A DNA stretch of 48,128 nt from an uncultured Alphaproteobacteria bacterium (GCA_902542925.1 CACBWF010000003.1:1-48128), one strand, 5' to 3'; counted from the first letter of the stretch, positions 28,731 through 37,874 are shown. The notes: generated from the letters alone by a model not told the origin. A program made the numbers and translations.

Positions 28731-29102
28731 ATGACAGAATTTTCAGGCCCATCTTTTGATCAATATTTAATTGTGATGGGGTTTTTTGTAGCAATTTTTG
28801 CAATCTTTTTATTTATTAAAAAGAATAGATACATTATTTCTAACAAACTACAGAATCAAAAAAGAATGAAGGTGAGTGATGTTACTCTTTTAGGTCAAGG
28901 AGACAGAGCCCTAATTTTAAAGATAGATGATAAGGATTTCCTTTTTATTTCAGGAAAAAATTCTGGAGCTATTCTTACTGAGATTAAAAATGAAAATAAT
29001 TCTAAAGTAAGCAACATAGAACAAACAAAGTTAGAAACAAAAAATAAAAAAGCTTTTGAAATAAGAAGTTTGATTGAAAAAAGGTTAAAAAATGAAAAGT
29101 AA
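28731..29102 (+). CDS. fliO: Flagellar biogenesis protein FliO
   Basis: Single TM followed by MKVSDVTLLGQGDRALILKIDDKDFL; between fliN and fliP. Confidence 0.82.
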   Translation: MTEFSGPSFDQYLIVMGFFVAIFAIFLFIKKNRYIISNKLQNQKRMKVSDVTLLGQGDRALILKIDDKDFLFISGKNSGAILTEIKNENNSKVSNIEQTKLETKNKKAFEIRSLIEKRLKNEK

Positions 29103-29847
29103 ATTTGTAGTTAATTTTTCATTAATATTTATTTTCTTATTGACTAATTCACTAAATGCCCAAGAAATCACTTCTGGTTTAGAGGCTTTAACTGTAACCG
29201 AATTGCCAAATGGTGGAAAAACTTATTCATTGTCTCTAAAGATTCTAGCTTTAATGACAGCCCTAACTATTTTACCATCACTTGTATTAGGAATGACAGC
29301 TTTTACAAGAGTAATAATCGTTATGTCAATTCTCAGACAGGCATTAGGAACTCAGCAAACACCACCAAATCAAATTTTAATTGCAATTTCATTGTTCCTA
29401 ACTTTTTTCATTATGGCGCCAACTTTTAACAAAATATATTCTGATGTTTCAGGTCCTTATCAAAATGGTGAAATAACGATGACTGAGGCTATTCAAAGTG
29501 GTGGAAATGAACTAAAAAAATTCATGATAAGAAATACAAGGAACAACGATCTAAATATGTTTTCTGCCATGGCAGGTGAAGAAAATTTTGACAACCCAAC
29601 AGATGTTCCTTTTTACATAGTTCTTCCAGCATATATGACAAGTGAACTAAAAACTGCATTTCAAATTGGATTTTTACTTTTTTTACCTTTCCTTGTAATT
29701 GACATGGTTGTGGCTTCAATTCTTATGTCACTTGGTATGATGATGTTATCCCCGATGCTAATAGCTTTACCTTTCAAATTACTTTTATTTATACTTGTCG
29801 ATGGGTGGACAATGACAGTAGGCTCTTTAGTTGGAACTTTTCAATAG
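29092..29847 (+). CDS. fliP: Flagellar export gate protein FliP
   Basis: RQALGTQQTPPNQ, SELKTAFQIG, LPFKLLLFILVDGW. Confidence 0.98.
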   Translation: MKSKFVVNFSLIFIFLLTNSLNAQEITSGLEALTVTELPNGGKTYSLSLKILALMTALTILPSLVLGMTAFTRVIIVMSILRQALGTQQTPPNQILIAISLFLTFFIMAPTFNKIYSDVSGPYQNGEITMTEAIQSGGNELKKFMIRNTRNNDLNMFSAMAGEENFDNPTDVPFYIVLPAYMTSELKTAFQIGFLLFLPFLVIDMVVASILMSLGMMMLSPMLIALPFKLLLFILVDGWTMTVGSLVGTFQ

Positions 29848-29858
29848 TGAGATAAATT

Positions 29859-30125
29859 ATGGGTTTTGACGAAAATATTGAAATGGTAAGACTAGCTTTT
29901 TATCAAGTATTAATTTCCAGTGGACCTTTTCTGGGAGCAGCTTTAGCTATAGGATTAACAATTGGTATTATTCAAGCCGCAACATCAATTCAGGAAATGA
30001 CACTCAGTTTTGTACCTAAAGTTGTCCTAGTAATTTTCGCTATGGGTTTTATGGCAAACTATTTTATCGTAAGCCTTACAGACTATTTTTCTTTTATATT
30101 TGATACTATTAGCGGAATTAAGTAA
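29859..30125 (+). CDS. fliQ: Flagellar export gate protein FliQ
   Basis: QAATSIQEMTLSFVPK. Confidence 0.97.
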   Translation: MGFDENIEMVRLAFYQVLISSGPFLGAALAIGLTIGIIQAATSIQEMTLSFVPKVVLVIFAMGFMANYFIVSLTDYFSFIFDTISGIK

Positions 30126-30946
30126 TGGTTGAAATTCCCCTACCATTTTATGAGCCTTTTAATAAACTTCCAGGACTAGAATTAAACCAATTAATTGATT
30201 TTTTACTAATTTTTATTTTATCTTCAATAAGGTTATCATCTTTTTTAATTTCTAGTCCTTTTTTAGGTTCAAGAAATATTCCACTACATGCAAAAATAGT
30301 TTTTTCTATGATTTTATCTTTTTTCTTTTTTGGTCAAACTTCTGACATAGAATTAAGTCAGTATATCATTGAAAATTTATTTTTTTTAGTTTTGATTGAA
30401 ATTTTAATTGGAGTTGCAAGTGGTCTGAGTCTTACAGTTTGGTTTAGTGCAGCCTCAATGGCTGGAGAAAAAATTGCAGCTTCAACTGGACTTGGTTTCT
30501 CTGCTTTAGTTGACCCAGAAACAGGTGGTCAGACTCCAGTTCTCAGTGTTTTGCTAGATTTATTTTTATTAACAATCTTTGTTTCACTGAATGGTCACCT
30601 TCTTGCAATAAACCTGATTGTGGAAAGTTATGAAGTTATAGAAGTAGGATCAAGGTTTCCAGGTATTGCACTAATAGGTTCTGGCATTGAGGCTGCTGGA
30701 GCAATGTTTTATACTGCAGGCTTGATAATGCTTCCAATCGTTGGGGGATTATTATTAACAAATATGGCTATTGGTGTAATTACTAAGTCCGCTCCAACAC
30801 TAAATCTATTTTCTTTTGGATTTCCAATAACCATAATGATCGCATTTGTATTATTATTTTTTGCAACTCGATCAATAGGTGGAGCCTTCGCAGAACTAGT
30901 AAAAAACTCAATAGAAAATCTTGAAGTTGTTTTAGGAGTAATTTAA
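30125..30946 (+). CDS. fliR: Flagellar export gate protein FliR
   Basis: GLGFSALVDP, NGHL, APTLNLFSFGFPI. Confidence 0.95.
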   Translation: MVEIPLPFYEPFNKLPGLELNQLIDFLLIFILSSIRLSSFLISSPFLGSRNIPLHAKIVFSMILSFFFFGQTSDIELSQYIIENLFFLVLIEILIGVASGLSLTVWFSAASMAGEKIAASTGLGFSALVDPETGGQTPVLSVLLDLFLLTIFVSLNGHLLAINLIVESYEVIEVGSRFPGIALIGSGIEAAGAMFYTAGLIMLPIVGGLLLTNMAIGVITKSAPTLNLFSFGFPITIMIAFVLLFFATRSIGGAFAELVKNSIENLEVVLGVI

Positions 30947-32094
30947 TGGCTGAAGACAAAGATGAAAGTCAAGAAAAAACCCAGGACCCCAGTTCCCGAA
31001 GACTTGAAAAGGCTAGAGAAGAAGGGAAGGTTGTAAAATCTACTGAAGTTTTCGTTTTTGTACTACTTGCTGCAGGAATTTTATTGATGCAAATAACTCC
31101 ATTTTTTATAGAAGACTTCTTAAAATTGTGTAAAGGTTTTTTTGTATTTGGGCTTGAAGTAAAGCATGGTCATAGTGCTCTTGGCAGTATTTCAACTGCG
31201 ATAGATATGGTTGTGAAAACTGTTATAGTTTTTGGAATACCTTTGGCAATTGTCTGTATAATTACACAATTTATAATTGGTGGAATAAATTTTTCCCTAA
31301 AATCAATCTACTGGAAAATGGAAAAAATGAATCCTATTTCTGGATTAAAGAGAATTTTTTCACTTAACGGTCTCGTTAATCTTGTTAAGGCATTATTAAA
31401 AGTATTTTTACTTGGCGCAATCTCATTCTTCATAATTAAAAAAAATGTTCCGGATTTAACATACCTTACAACTACAAATTTAGCTTCTGCGTTTGGAAAA
31501 ACTGTATCTTTTTTTCCTGAATTAGTTTTAGCTTTATTACTTGGCTTAGCTCTTATAGCGATTCTAGATTTAGCCTGGCAAAAGTATGATTACATAAAAC
31601 AACTAAGAATGTCGCACCAGGATATTAAAGATGAGTATAAAGAAACAGACGGTCAGCCTGAAGTAAAACAAAAAATTAGAAAACTTCAAATGCAGGCAGC
31701 ATCAAAAGCTGCAAAAGAAAATGCTTCACTTGATAATTTATCTGAAGCCACAGCAATTATAACTAATCCGACTCACTTCGCCGTTGCATTAAAATATGAA
31801 GTTGGTGAATCAAAAGCGCCGGTTGTAATAGCAAAAGGGAGAGGAAAAGTAGCTGAACAAATAATTTCTAAATCTAGTGAATTAGGAATCTCAAAAATGC
31901 AAAGTCCGGTTCTTGCTAGGGCGATTTATTACACATGTGAAATTGGAGAAGAAATTATTAGTAAATTATATAGTGCAGTTGCAATTGCATTAGCTTATAT
32001 TTATAAGGTAAACAATGGGGAAAATATGGATGAGCCAGAAATTGAAATTCCTAACGACTTAGTCTTTGATGAATTTGGTAATAAAAATGTTTAG
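30946..32094 (+). CDS. flhB: Flagellar export switch protein FlhB
   Basis: EKT..PSSRRLEKAREEG, KETDGQPEVK, NPTH autocleavage motif. Confidence 0.97.
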   Translation: MAEDKDESQEKTQDPSSRRLEKAREEGKVVKSTEVFVFVLLAAGILLMQITPFFIEDFLKLCKGFFVFGLEVKHGHSALGSISTAIDMVVKTVIVFGIPLAIVCIITQFIIGGINFSLKSIYWKMEKMNPISGLKRIFSLNGLVNLVKALLKVFLLGAISFFIIKKNVPDLTYLTTTNLASAFGKTVSFFPELVLALLLGLALIAILDLAWQKYDYIKQLRMSHQDIKDEYKETDGQPEVKQKIRKLQMQAASKAAKENASLDNLSEATAIITNPTHFAVALKYEVGESKAPVVIAKGRGKVAEQIISKSSELGISKMQSPVLARAIYYTCEIGEEIISKLYSAVAIALAYIYKVNNGENMDEPEIEIPNDLVFDEFGNKNV

Positions 32095-32296
32095 CAGTAA
32101 TGTAAGCAAAATTATAGTAACTTTTGCTTTTTTCTACAGTGCAATCATATGTTATTTCAAAGGTGAGCAACTTTATAATGAGGGACAAATTTTATATGCA
32201 ATAGTACTTTGGGTTTGCGCATTTTTGTCCTTTATAGGGGCTTTAAGATTCCAGGTTGCAAAATTAATATATTTTTTTAGAGACAAAAAATGGTAA
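32087..32296 (+). CDS. Small two-TM hypothetical protein
   Basis: ATG at 32087 overlaps the flhB stop; two hydrophobic helices; overlaps the next ORF. Confidence 0.65.
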   Translation: MFSSNVSKIIVTFAFFYSAIICYFKGEQLYNEGQILYAIVLWVCAFLSFIGALRFQVAKLIYFFRDKKW

Positions 32297-32505
32297 AAAA
32301 AGCTAATATTCTTGATTGTAAAAAATGTAAACATTTGTATGTTACTTATGATAAGTTTTATCCTTGGGGATGCAAAGCATTCGGTTTTAAATCAAAAAAT
32401 TATCCTTATAATGAAGTTTACTCGATTTCTGGCATGAAATGTGCTCTATTTAGTATGAATAATAAATTTGGACAAAAAACAGATAAAAAGGGAAGATTTG
32501 CATGA
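32290..32505 (+). CDS. Small four-Cys putative metal-binding protein
   Basis: CKKCKH..YVTYD..PWGCKAFGFKSK..SGMKC pattern; overlaps both neighbours. Confidence 0.75.
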   Translation: MVKKANILDCKKCKHLYVTYDKFYPWGCKAFGFKSKNYPYNEVYSISGMKCALFSMNNKFGQKTDKKGRFA

Positions 32506-33227
32506 ATACGCAACTTAATACGATGCAAGAAAGTATCAAGATCGCTCTAGATGCAGCAGATGCTGCTACGGATGTTACGTCTGAATACAAAAGAATGAAA
32601 AACGAATACATAAAAGCGGAGCAAAAAGTGAAAGAAATACACAAATATACAACAATAATTTTTTCGGCTTCAATTGCAACAGCAGTTGTATCAGTTATTT
32701 TAATAGGCTTGTTATATTTTAAATCATTATCTGAACTTGAAGATATGACTAGTACTAGTAAGGAAGCTCTTGTAGTTTTTGCTGAAAATGTCGAAAATGT
32801 AAATAAAGCTGTTGATAACATGAATCAAAGTTTAAATAAACACTCTGATTTAGTTAATGCAAATATTGAAATCAAAGATAAGCTAAATATGTTAATGAGC
32901 GCTATTGAAAAAAATGACAAAAATTTGATGGTAAGTCTTTCAAAAGAGGTTTCAAATCTTTCAAAAGAAATTTCATCTTCTCTAAAAGCTGAGACTGGTA
33001 AACTGAATCAAAATATTCAAGAAAGCGACGTAATGACATCTGCTAAGGTTAACAAAGCCGTAGAAAAACTTCTTAACGATACAAATAAAAAACAAAACGC
33101 TAAACTGCTAAAGGAGCTTTCTAATAATACTTCAAGTTTGACAGCAGCGCTTGAAGCAATTTCTAAACAAAATAAAGTATTAGTTAAAGAAATTGTTGAT
33201 CAAAAAGAAAGTATAACCTATCCTTAA
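32502..33227 (+). CDS. motF: Probable MotF-like Fla1 motor protein
   Basis: 241 aa, single TM at about residues 51-73, coiled-coil periplasmic part, downstream of flhB. Size, topology and position agree with R. sphaeroides MotF as recalled; not aligned. Confidence 0.6.
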   Translation: MNTQLNTMQESIKIALDAADAATDVTSEYKRMKNEYIKAEQKVKEIHKYTTIIFSASIATAVVSVILIGLLYFKSLSELEDMTSTSKEALVVFAENVENVNKAVDNMNQSLNKHSDLVNANIEIKDKLNMLMSAIEKNDKNLMVSLSKEVSNLSKEISSSLKAETGKLNQNIQESDVMTSAKVNKAVEKLLNDTNKKQNAKLLKELSNNTSSLTAALEAISKQNKVLVKEIVDQKESITYP

Positions 33228-33235
33228 TTTTTAAA

Positions 33236-34018
33236 ATGGAGCAAGTAAATAAGTCCGAAAGTTTTCTTAAAATTGATAGTTTTACAAGGAAAACTGTTGC
33301 TCAATCCTTATTACTAAAAGATAATGATGTAATTGTTGCTCTCGACAATAATCTTTATTTAAAAGGCGAAAATGCACTAATTGAGGATTTAAATTTACTT
33401 AAAAAAGAAGAGAAAAAAACGATACTTACAATTTTCAGAGAAGGTGGTTTTTTTGACGTACTAGTTTCTGGTAGCTTAGGAGCTAAATTTATATCTACTG
33501 ATAATGATGAAACAAAATTAATTTCTGAAAAGTTTTCAAAAAAAGAAATTTTCGATCAAATAGATTTAAAAGAATATATTGCAATGAGGGATTTAACTCA
33601 CAATTATGAAATAATATGCAAATCTAAGTCTTTGTTTGCTGGTTTAATGCCACCGATGTGGCTTGCATACCACAGTAAGTGGTGGTTAATATCTCTTTTT
33701 GCAGTATTAAGTTTTTTACTCATTTCTACTAATTTTTGGATTTTCCTTTTTGGTTGGGTATGTGTGAGTATTTATTGTTACATAGGTCAATTAGAGCTTT
33801 TAATAAGTTTTGCACTTCTGTCCGGGAAAGCATACTCAATGATACTATGCGCAACTGATATGGATCACGCTCAAAAGGTTGTGAGGGAACATAATCCCAA
33901 AGCCAAATACAAGGTGACGAGGTTAGGAGATCCTATTAAATCCGATCAAGAAAATAATAGTAAAGAAGATAAAAATCTAAAAAATAAGATTTCTGATTCA
34001 CAAGAAGCTTTGATATAA
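33236..34018 (+). CDS. Hypothetical membrane protein: PDZ-like N-terminus plus DUF2628-like TM region
   Basis: AQSLLLKDNDVIVALDN...ILTIFREG resembles the PDZ core; FAGLMPPMWLAYHSKW resembles DUF2628. Confidence 0.6.
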   Translation: MEQVNKSESFLKIDSFTRKTVAQSLLLKDNDVIVALDNNLYLKGENALIEDLNLLKKEEKKTILTIFREGGFFDVLVSGSLGAKFISTDNDETKLISEKFSKKEIFDQIDLKEYIAMRDLTHNYEIICKSKSLFAGLMPPMWLAYHSKWWLISLFAVLSFLLISTNFWIFLFGWVCVSIYCYIGQLELLISFALLSGKAYSMILCATDMDHAQKVVREHNPKAKYKVTRLGDPIKSDQENNSKEDKNLKNKISDSQEALI

Positions 34019-34054
34019 TTATAAAGTAAATTATATAAAATTAAGAGGTTATTG

Positions 34055-34663
34055 ATGGTCGTAGCAAAAAACGAACAATATTCTGTTCAAGCAGAAACAT
34101 TAATGAAAGCAGCAATTGAAGATTATCTTGAGCTAATAAAAGAAATTCAAGCTTCAAATGCAAATATGAAATTGATAAAAAGTATTAAAATTACTGTGAA
34201 CGGTAAACCAAGACGGTTAGTTGATGTCGGTGACCTAAAAACGGGTGAAAGTGAAAATCAATTAATTCTTTTAGTTTTTAATACAGATCACGTAGAACTT
34301 CTTTTAGACCAGATTGATGAGCTACAATTTGAATCATCAGTTGATGGTCAATTCATTAAAATTAATGTTCCTGATCCAAGCTATAAACAATTAATGGAAG
34401 TAGTAGACGACTTAAATAGAAAAAAAGGAAGTTGTATTGGAAGACTTACCAAAGCTAAATCTGAAGCAACTACAAGGGCAAGAACTGCAGTTGAAAACGA
34501 GTTTATTGAGCAAGCAGTTGCATCTAGGGCTACAAAAGTTTGCGATGAATTCTTAAGTCAATACACAGAAAAAGTAAATGAAATAACCACAGAAAAGATT
34601 CTTGAAATTTTAGGTGAAGATTATTTTAATAAATATAAAACTGAAGAATTAGACGAATTTTAG
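34055..34663 (+). CDS. Degenerate ribosome recycling factor (RRF)-like protein
   Basis: Nearly ungapped manual alignment to E. coli RRF over about 175 aa, with the conserved Arg residues lost; GAGG RBS 6 nt before ATG 34055. Confidence 0.72.
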   Translation: MVVAKNEQYSVQAETLMKAAIEDYLELIKEIQASNANMKLIKSIKITVNGKPRRLVDVGDLKTGESENQLILLVFNTDHVELLLDQIDELQFESSVDGQFIKINVPDPSYKQLMEVVDDLNRKKGSCIGRLTKAKSEATTRARTAVENEFIEQAVASRATKVCDEFLSQYTEKVNEITTEKILEILGEDYFNKYKTEELDEF

Positions 34664-34665
34664 TC

Positions 34666-35301
34666 TCAAGCATCAATAGAAATTCTATTTTTAGACACTT
34701 CAGTTTTATTATCATAAAGCGATGATAAATTTTTGTATTTATTTCTGTTAGTTGGTTGATAGCTTAGCGGTGACCACTTTGGGTAATCAAATGTCATTCC
34801 CTTAACAGCTAACTTATCATGCTCTTTGAATTCTTTTTCTACATTGTCGGTTTTATTTTGTTTTTCAGAAAAATCAACATTTTTTAAGTTTAAATCATTT
34901 TCTACTTTATTTATCTCGTTTTTCTTATCTTTCCATAGATTACTTATACCCAATGTATCAAATGCAAGTTCTGTAGGTGTTTTATCAAATAACTTTTCGA
35001 AAACCCAATTACCAAAACCAGCAATTGCACCAATTGGACCTCCATATATAAATCCGCCAGCACTTGATTGAACTAAGTCTCTATCTGAGTCAGGTTTGTC
35101 AGAATTGATACTTGAGTATATACCACTTATAATAGGTATATTTTGAAGGGGATTAACAAGACCTTTTATCCAATCTAGAAACTTAGACCTATTCGTGGGA
35201 CTTTCATTTTTAATACCAAAATTTACTTTATTTTTTTTATCTATATTAGTGTTGAAAGCACTTTTGGAATTAAAACTATGTAAATGACTTTTTTCTATCA
35301 T
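34666..35301 (-). CDS. Conserved hypothetical protein (NPLQxIP...GGxxYGGPIG motif), third gene of the motAB operon
   Basis: VNPLQNIPIISGIY and AGGFIYGGPIGAIAG glycine-zipper-like core; 4 bp after the motB stop. Confidence 0.75.
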   Translation of the reverse strand: MIEKSHLHSFNSKSAFNTNIDKKNKVNFGIKNESPTNRSKFLDWIKGLVNPLQNIPIISGIYSSINSDKPDSDRDLVQSSAGGFIYGGPIGAIAGFGNWVFEKLFDKTPTELAFDTLGISNLWKDKKNEINKVENDLNLKNVDFSEKQNKTDNVEKEFKEHDKLAVKGMTFDYPKWSPLSYQPTNRNKYKNLSSLYDNKTEVSKNRISIDA

Positions 35302-35305
35302 TATT

Positions 35306-36499
35306 TCAATAATTTATTTCTATTTCAATTCTTCTATTTTTTGCTCTTCCTTGAGAAGTATCATTTGACTCAATAGGTCTTGTTTCACCATAACTAATTG
35401 CCTTCATTCTTTTTGGATCAAGAGAATCATTTTTTGATAATTGTTGTACAACCGATGCTGATCTGGCAGCTGCTAAATCCCAATTATCTCTGTAATTTGA
35501 ACCAAATGTCAAAGGCACATTATCTGTGTGACCCATTACTAAAATTTCACTTCTACCTTTTTTATTTTGTTCGGCAATCTTTGCCATTATATCTCTAGCC
35601 TTCCTTGTAAGTTCTGCTGAACCAGATTTAAAGGCACCTGCAGATCCTACCGTAATAATTACTTTATCATCATCCCTGTCAACGTTCACAAGACCCTCAC
35701 CTATTTCCTCTCTCAAAGCAACTTTAAGTTTATCCTCTGCTAGTTCAGCTTTTTTTGCCTCTTCCTTTGCCGATTGACTTTGTTCAGATTGACCAATACT
35801 ATCGCCTTCTGTTCCCTCTGCTTGACTTTCACCTTTGCTACTCGCAGCAGTTGCAAGATTTGATAAAGCCTTTTCTAATCCCCCAATTAGGACTTCTGTT
35901 TCAGATTTGCCACTTGATGATTTAACTGATTCTATTGAATCTAAGGTCTCTTTTAATAAATTTGGAAGTTCTTTCTCTTTAGCATCTAGTGGAGTAAAGT
36001 TAACTACTACTTTATCAGCTAAAACTTCAACCTCAATATCACCTCTAGCTATTGCGTCTTTGATATTTTTTGCTAACTCTGTTGCTTCTTCATCTTTACC
36101 TTCATCCTTTGTTGCATCTTGGGTTTTAGTTTTTAACTCAACATTTGGTTGGTCTGTCTCAGTAGTTTGCTGAGTCATATTTTCTGTAACCGCAGGTGTT
36201 GGGTTTGGACTAAAATTTAGCGATAAAATTGTAGTTCCTTTTGGTTGCTCAACTACCGGTATCACTCTTTGAATTCCAAAAGCATTTTTCATACTACCAC
36301 TTATTTGTTTAAACTTAGGTACATTAAACTCAGCAAATGATAGAATTAAAACAAAAAAAGCCATTAAAAGTGTTGCCATATCAGCAAAGGTTGCCATCCA
36401 TGCCGGAGCACCTTTAGGCGGACAAGCAGGACATTCATGCTCCTCTTCTTCATCCTTTTTTTCTTCTTTTTTTTTCTCTTCGACTTGTTCTTCAGCCAT
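35306..36499 (-). CDS. motB: Flagellar stator B subunit (PomB-like)
   Basis: WMATFADMATLLMAFFVL TM with Asp40; OmpA-like domain GHTDN, NWDLAAARS, NRRIEI. Confidence 0.95.
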   Translation of the reverse strand: MAEEQVEEKKKEEKKDEEEEHECPACPPKGAPAWMATFADMATLLMAFFVLILSFAEFNVPKFKQISGSMKNAFGIQRVIPVVEQPKGTTILSLNFSPNPTPAVTENMTQQTTETDQPNVELKTKTQDATKDEGKDEEATELAKNIKDAIARGDIEVEVLADKVVVNFTPLDAKEKELPNLLKETLDSIESVKSSSGKSETEVLIGGLEKALSNLATAASSKGESQAEGTEGDSIGQSEQSQSAKEEAKKAELAEDKLKVALREEIGEGLVNVDRDDDKVIITVGSAGAFKSGSAELTRKARDIMAKIAEQNKKGRSEILVMGHTDNVPLTFGSNYRDNWDLAAARSASVVQQLSKNDSLDPKRMKAISYGETRPIESNDTSQGRAKNRRIEIEINY

Positions 36500-36510
36500 T
36501 TTTTGACCTA

Positions 36511-37278
36511 TTAAGCTGCAGCTTCAACTAGCGCTTGTTTCTCTTTAGGAGGAAGATTAGCAACTAATTGATCTTGAATATTTCTTCCACTTTCGCCCCT
36601 TGATATTAATTGTAATCCTATTATTATCATGTCTCTGTAAATTTGTTCATACAAAGAATAGCCTTTTAATTTTGTAACAATTGGCATAAAAATTGTGTTT
36701 GCAATCATCGCTCCATACAGTGTAGTCAATAGAGCAACCGCCATTGCAGGCCCAATTGCTTTTGGGTCTGCCATGTTACCAAGCATTGCAACTAATCCTA
36801 CTAATGTTCCAATCATACCCATTGCAGGAGCAATATCGACCCAAGCTTGAGCAACACCAATCATTTTCTCGTGGCGTTGTTGCATGCTTTTTAACTCTTT
36901 TTTTAACTGAACAGTTAATTTTTGCTCATCTGCACCATCTACAAGCATTTGAAGACCTCCGTCAAAAAAGGGATCAGGAGTTTCCTGCCCCTCTAATGCC
37001 ATCATACCGTCTTTTCTTGCAATTCCGGCTAGCTCTACAATTCTTGTAATTAATTCATCCATTTTCTTTACAGGTGGTTTAAAAGCTTTACCCATAGCAC
37101 CAAATGAACCCAAAAAAACAGGTAGAGGTGCCGTATACATGACAGCAAAAAAAGAACCCCCAAAAACAATTAAAATTGAAGGTATATCAATATATGATCC
37201 AAGCCCACCTGCTGAAATCATTGCACCAGCAATCATTCCTATGGTACCTAAAAAACCTATGAGAGATGCTAAATCCAT
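36511..37278 (-). CDS. motA: Flagellar stator A subunit (PomA-like)
   Basis: ARKDGMMALE, PAMGMIGTLVGLV, AMAVALLTTLYGA; 255 aa. Confidence 0.96.
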   Translation of the reverse strand: MDLASLIGFLGTIGMIAGAMISAGGLGSYIDIPSILIVFGGSFFAVMYTAPLPVFLGSFGAMGKAFKPPVKKMDELITRIVELAGIARKDGMMALEGQETPDPFFDGGLQMLVDGADEQKLTVQLKKELKSMQQRHEKMIGVAQAWVDIAPAMGMIGTLVGLVAMLGNMADPKAIGPAMAVALLTTLYGAMIANTIFMPIVTKLKGYSLYEQIYRDMIIIGLQLISRGESGRNIQDQLVANLPPKEKQALVEAAA

Positions 37279-37321
37279 TAACTAATTCCTATTTTTATAT
37301 TATAAAATATTTAATGTAAGT

Positions 37322-37337
37322 TGCAACTTTGATACCA
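37322..37337 (-). promoter_or_regulatory. sigma54 promoter of motAB
   Basis: TGGTATCAAAGTTGCA on the minus strand with exact spacing, 43 bp before motA. Confidence 0.85.
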
Positions 37338-37397
37338 AAGTTATAGTTTTATATATATTTAGTTAATAAAGTTATTACAAAGTAAAATTTAAATAAT

Positions 37398-37874
37398 ATG
37401 AAAAAAAACTTTAGCCTAATTACAGTCTTATTGAACATTTTTTTTAGTATTAATCATTTAAATGCAACTAACCTTATAGACAAAGGTTATTATGTAGTTG
37501 ATCTCAAACAAAAAGTAGATTGGTTAAAATGTTCTGCTGGACAGCAATGGGATGACACAAATTGTAGTGGTGAAGCTATCAAATTAAATCTTGAAGAAGC
37601 CGAAATTGCATTAAATCAACTCAATGAACAACTAGAAGGTGAATGGAGACTTCCAACTAAGAAAGAATTGAAAAGTTTAGTATGTAGCGATTGTACAGGA
37701 GCAAAAATTAATAAAAAATATTTTCCAAACACACCTGCAGAACCTTTTTGGACCTCACAGAGAAATTGGTGGTCGCCCAAATTTTATTGGTCAGTTAATT
37801 TTTTTACTGGGCATGTTTATGGTAGATTTGTACCGGAAAAAAGATTATTTTTGAGATTTCTTAGAGATCGCTAA
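37398..37874 (+). CDS. Secreted DUF1566 (Lcl C-terminal-like) domain protein
   Basis: Signal peptide, WLKCSAGQQW, WRLPTKKELKSL, FPNTP..FWTS. Confidence 0.88.
   Translation: MKKNFSLITVLLNIFFSINHLNATNLIDKGYYVVDLKQKVDWLKCSAGQQWDDTNCSGEAIKLNLEEAEIALNQLNEQLEGEWRLPTKKELKSLVCSDCTGAKINKKYFPNTPAEPFWTSQRNWWSPKFYWSVNFFTGHVYGRFVPEKRLFLRFLRDR

Noticed and set aside
19811-32094. Non-flagellar type III secretion system
   Set aside because: FliE, FliK, FliL, FliM, FliO and MotAB are present and no secretin or needle genes are seen.
32290-32505. Uracil-DNA glycosylase label for the four-Cys protein
   Set aside because: Only 71 aa with no UDG catalytic motifs.
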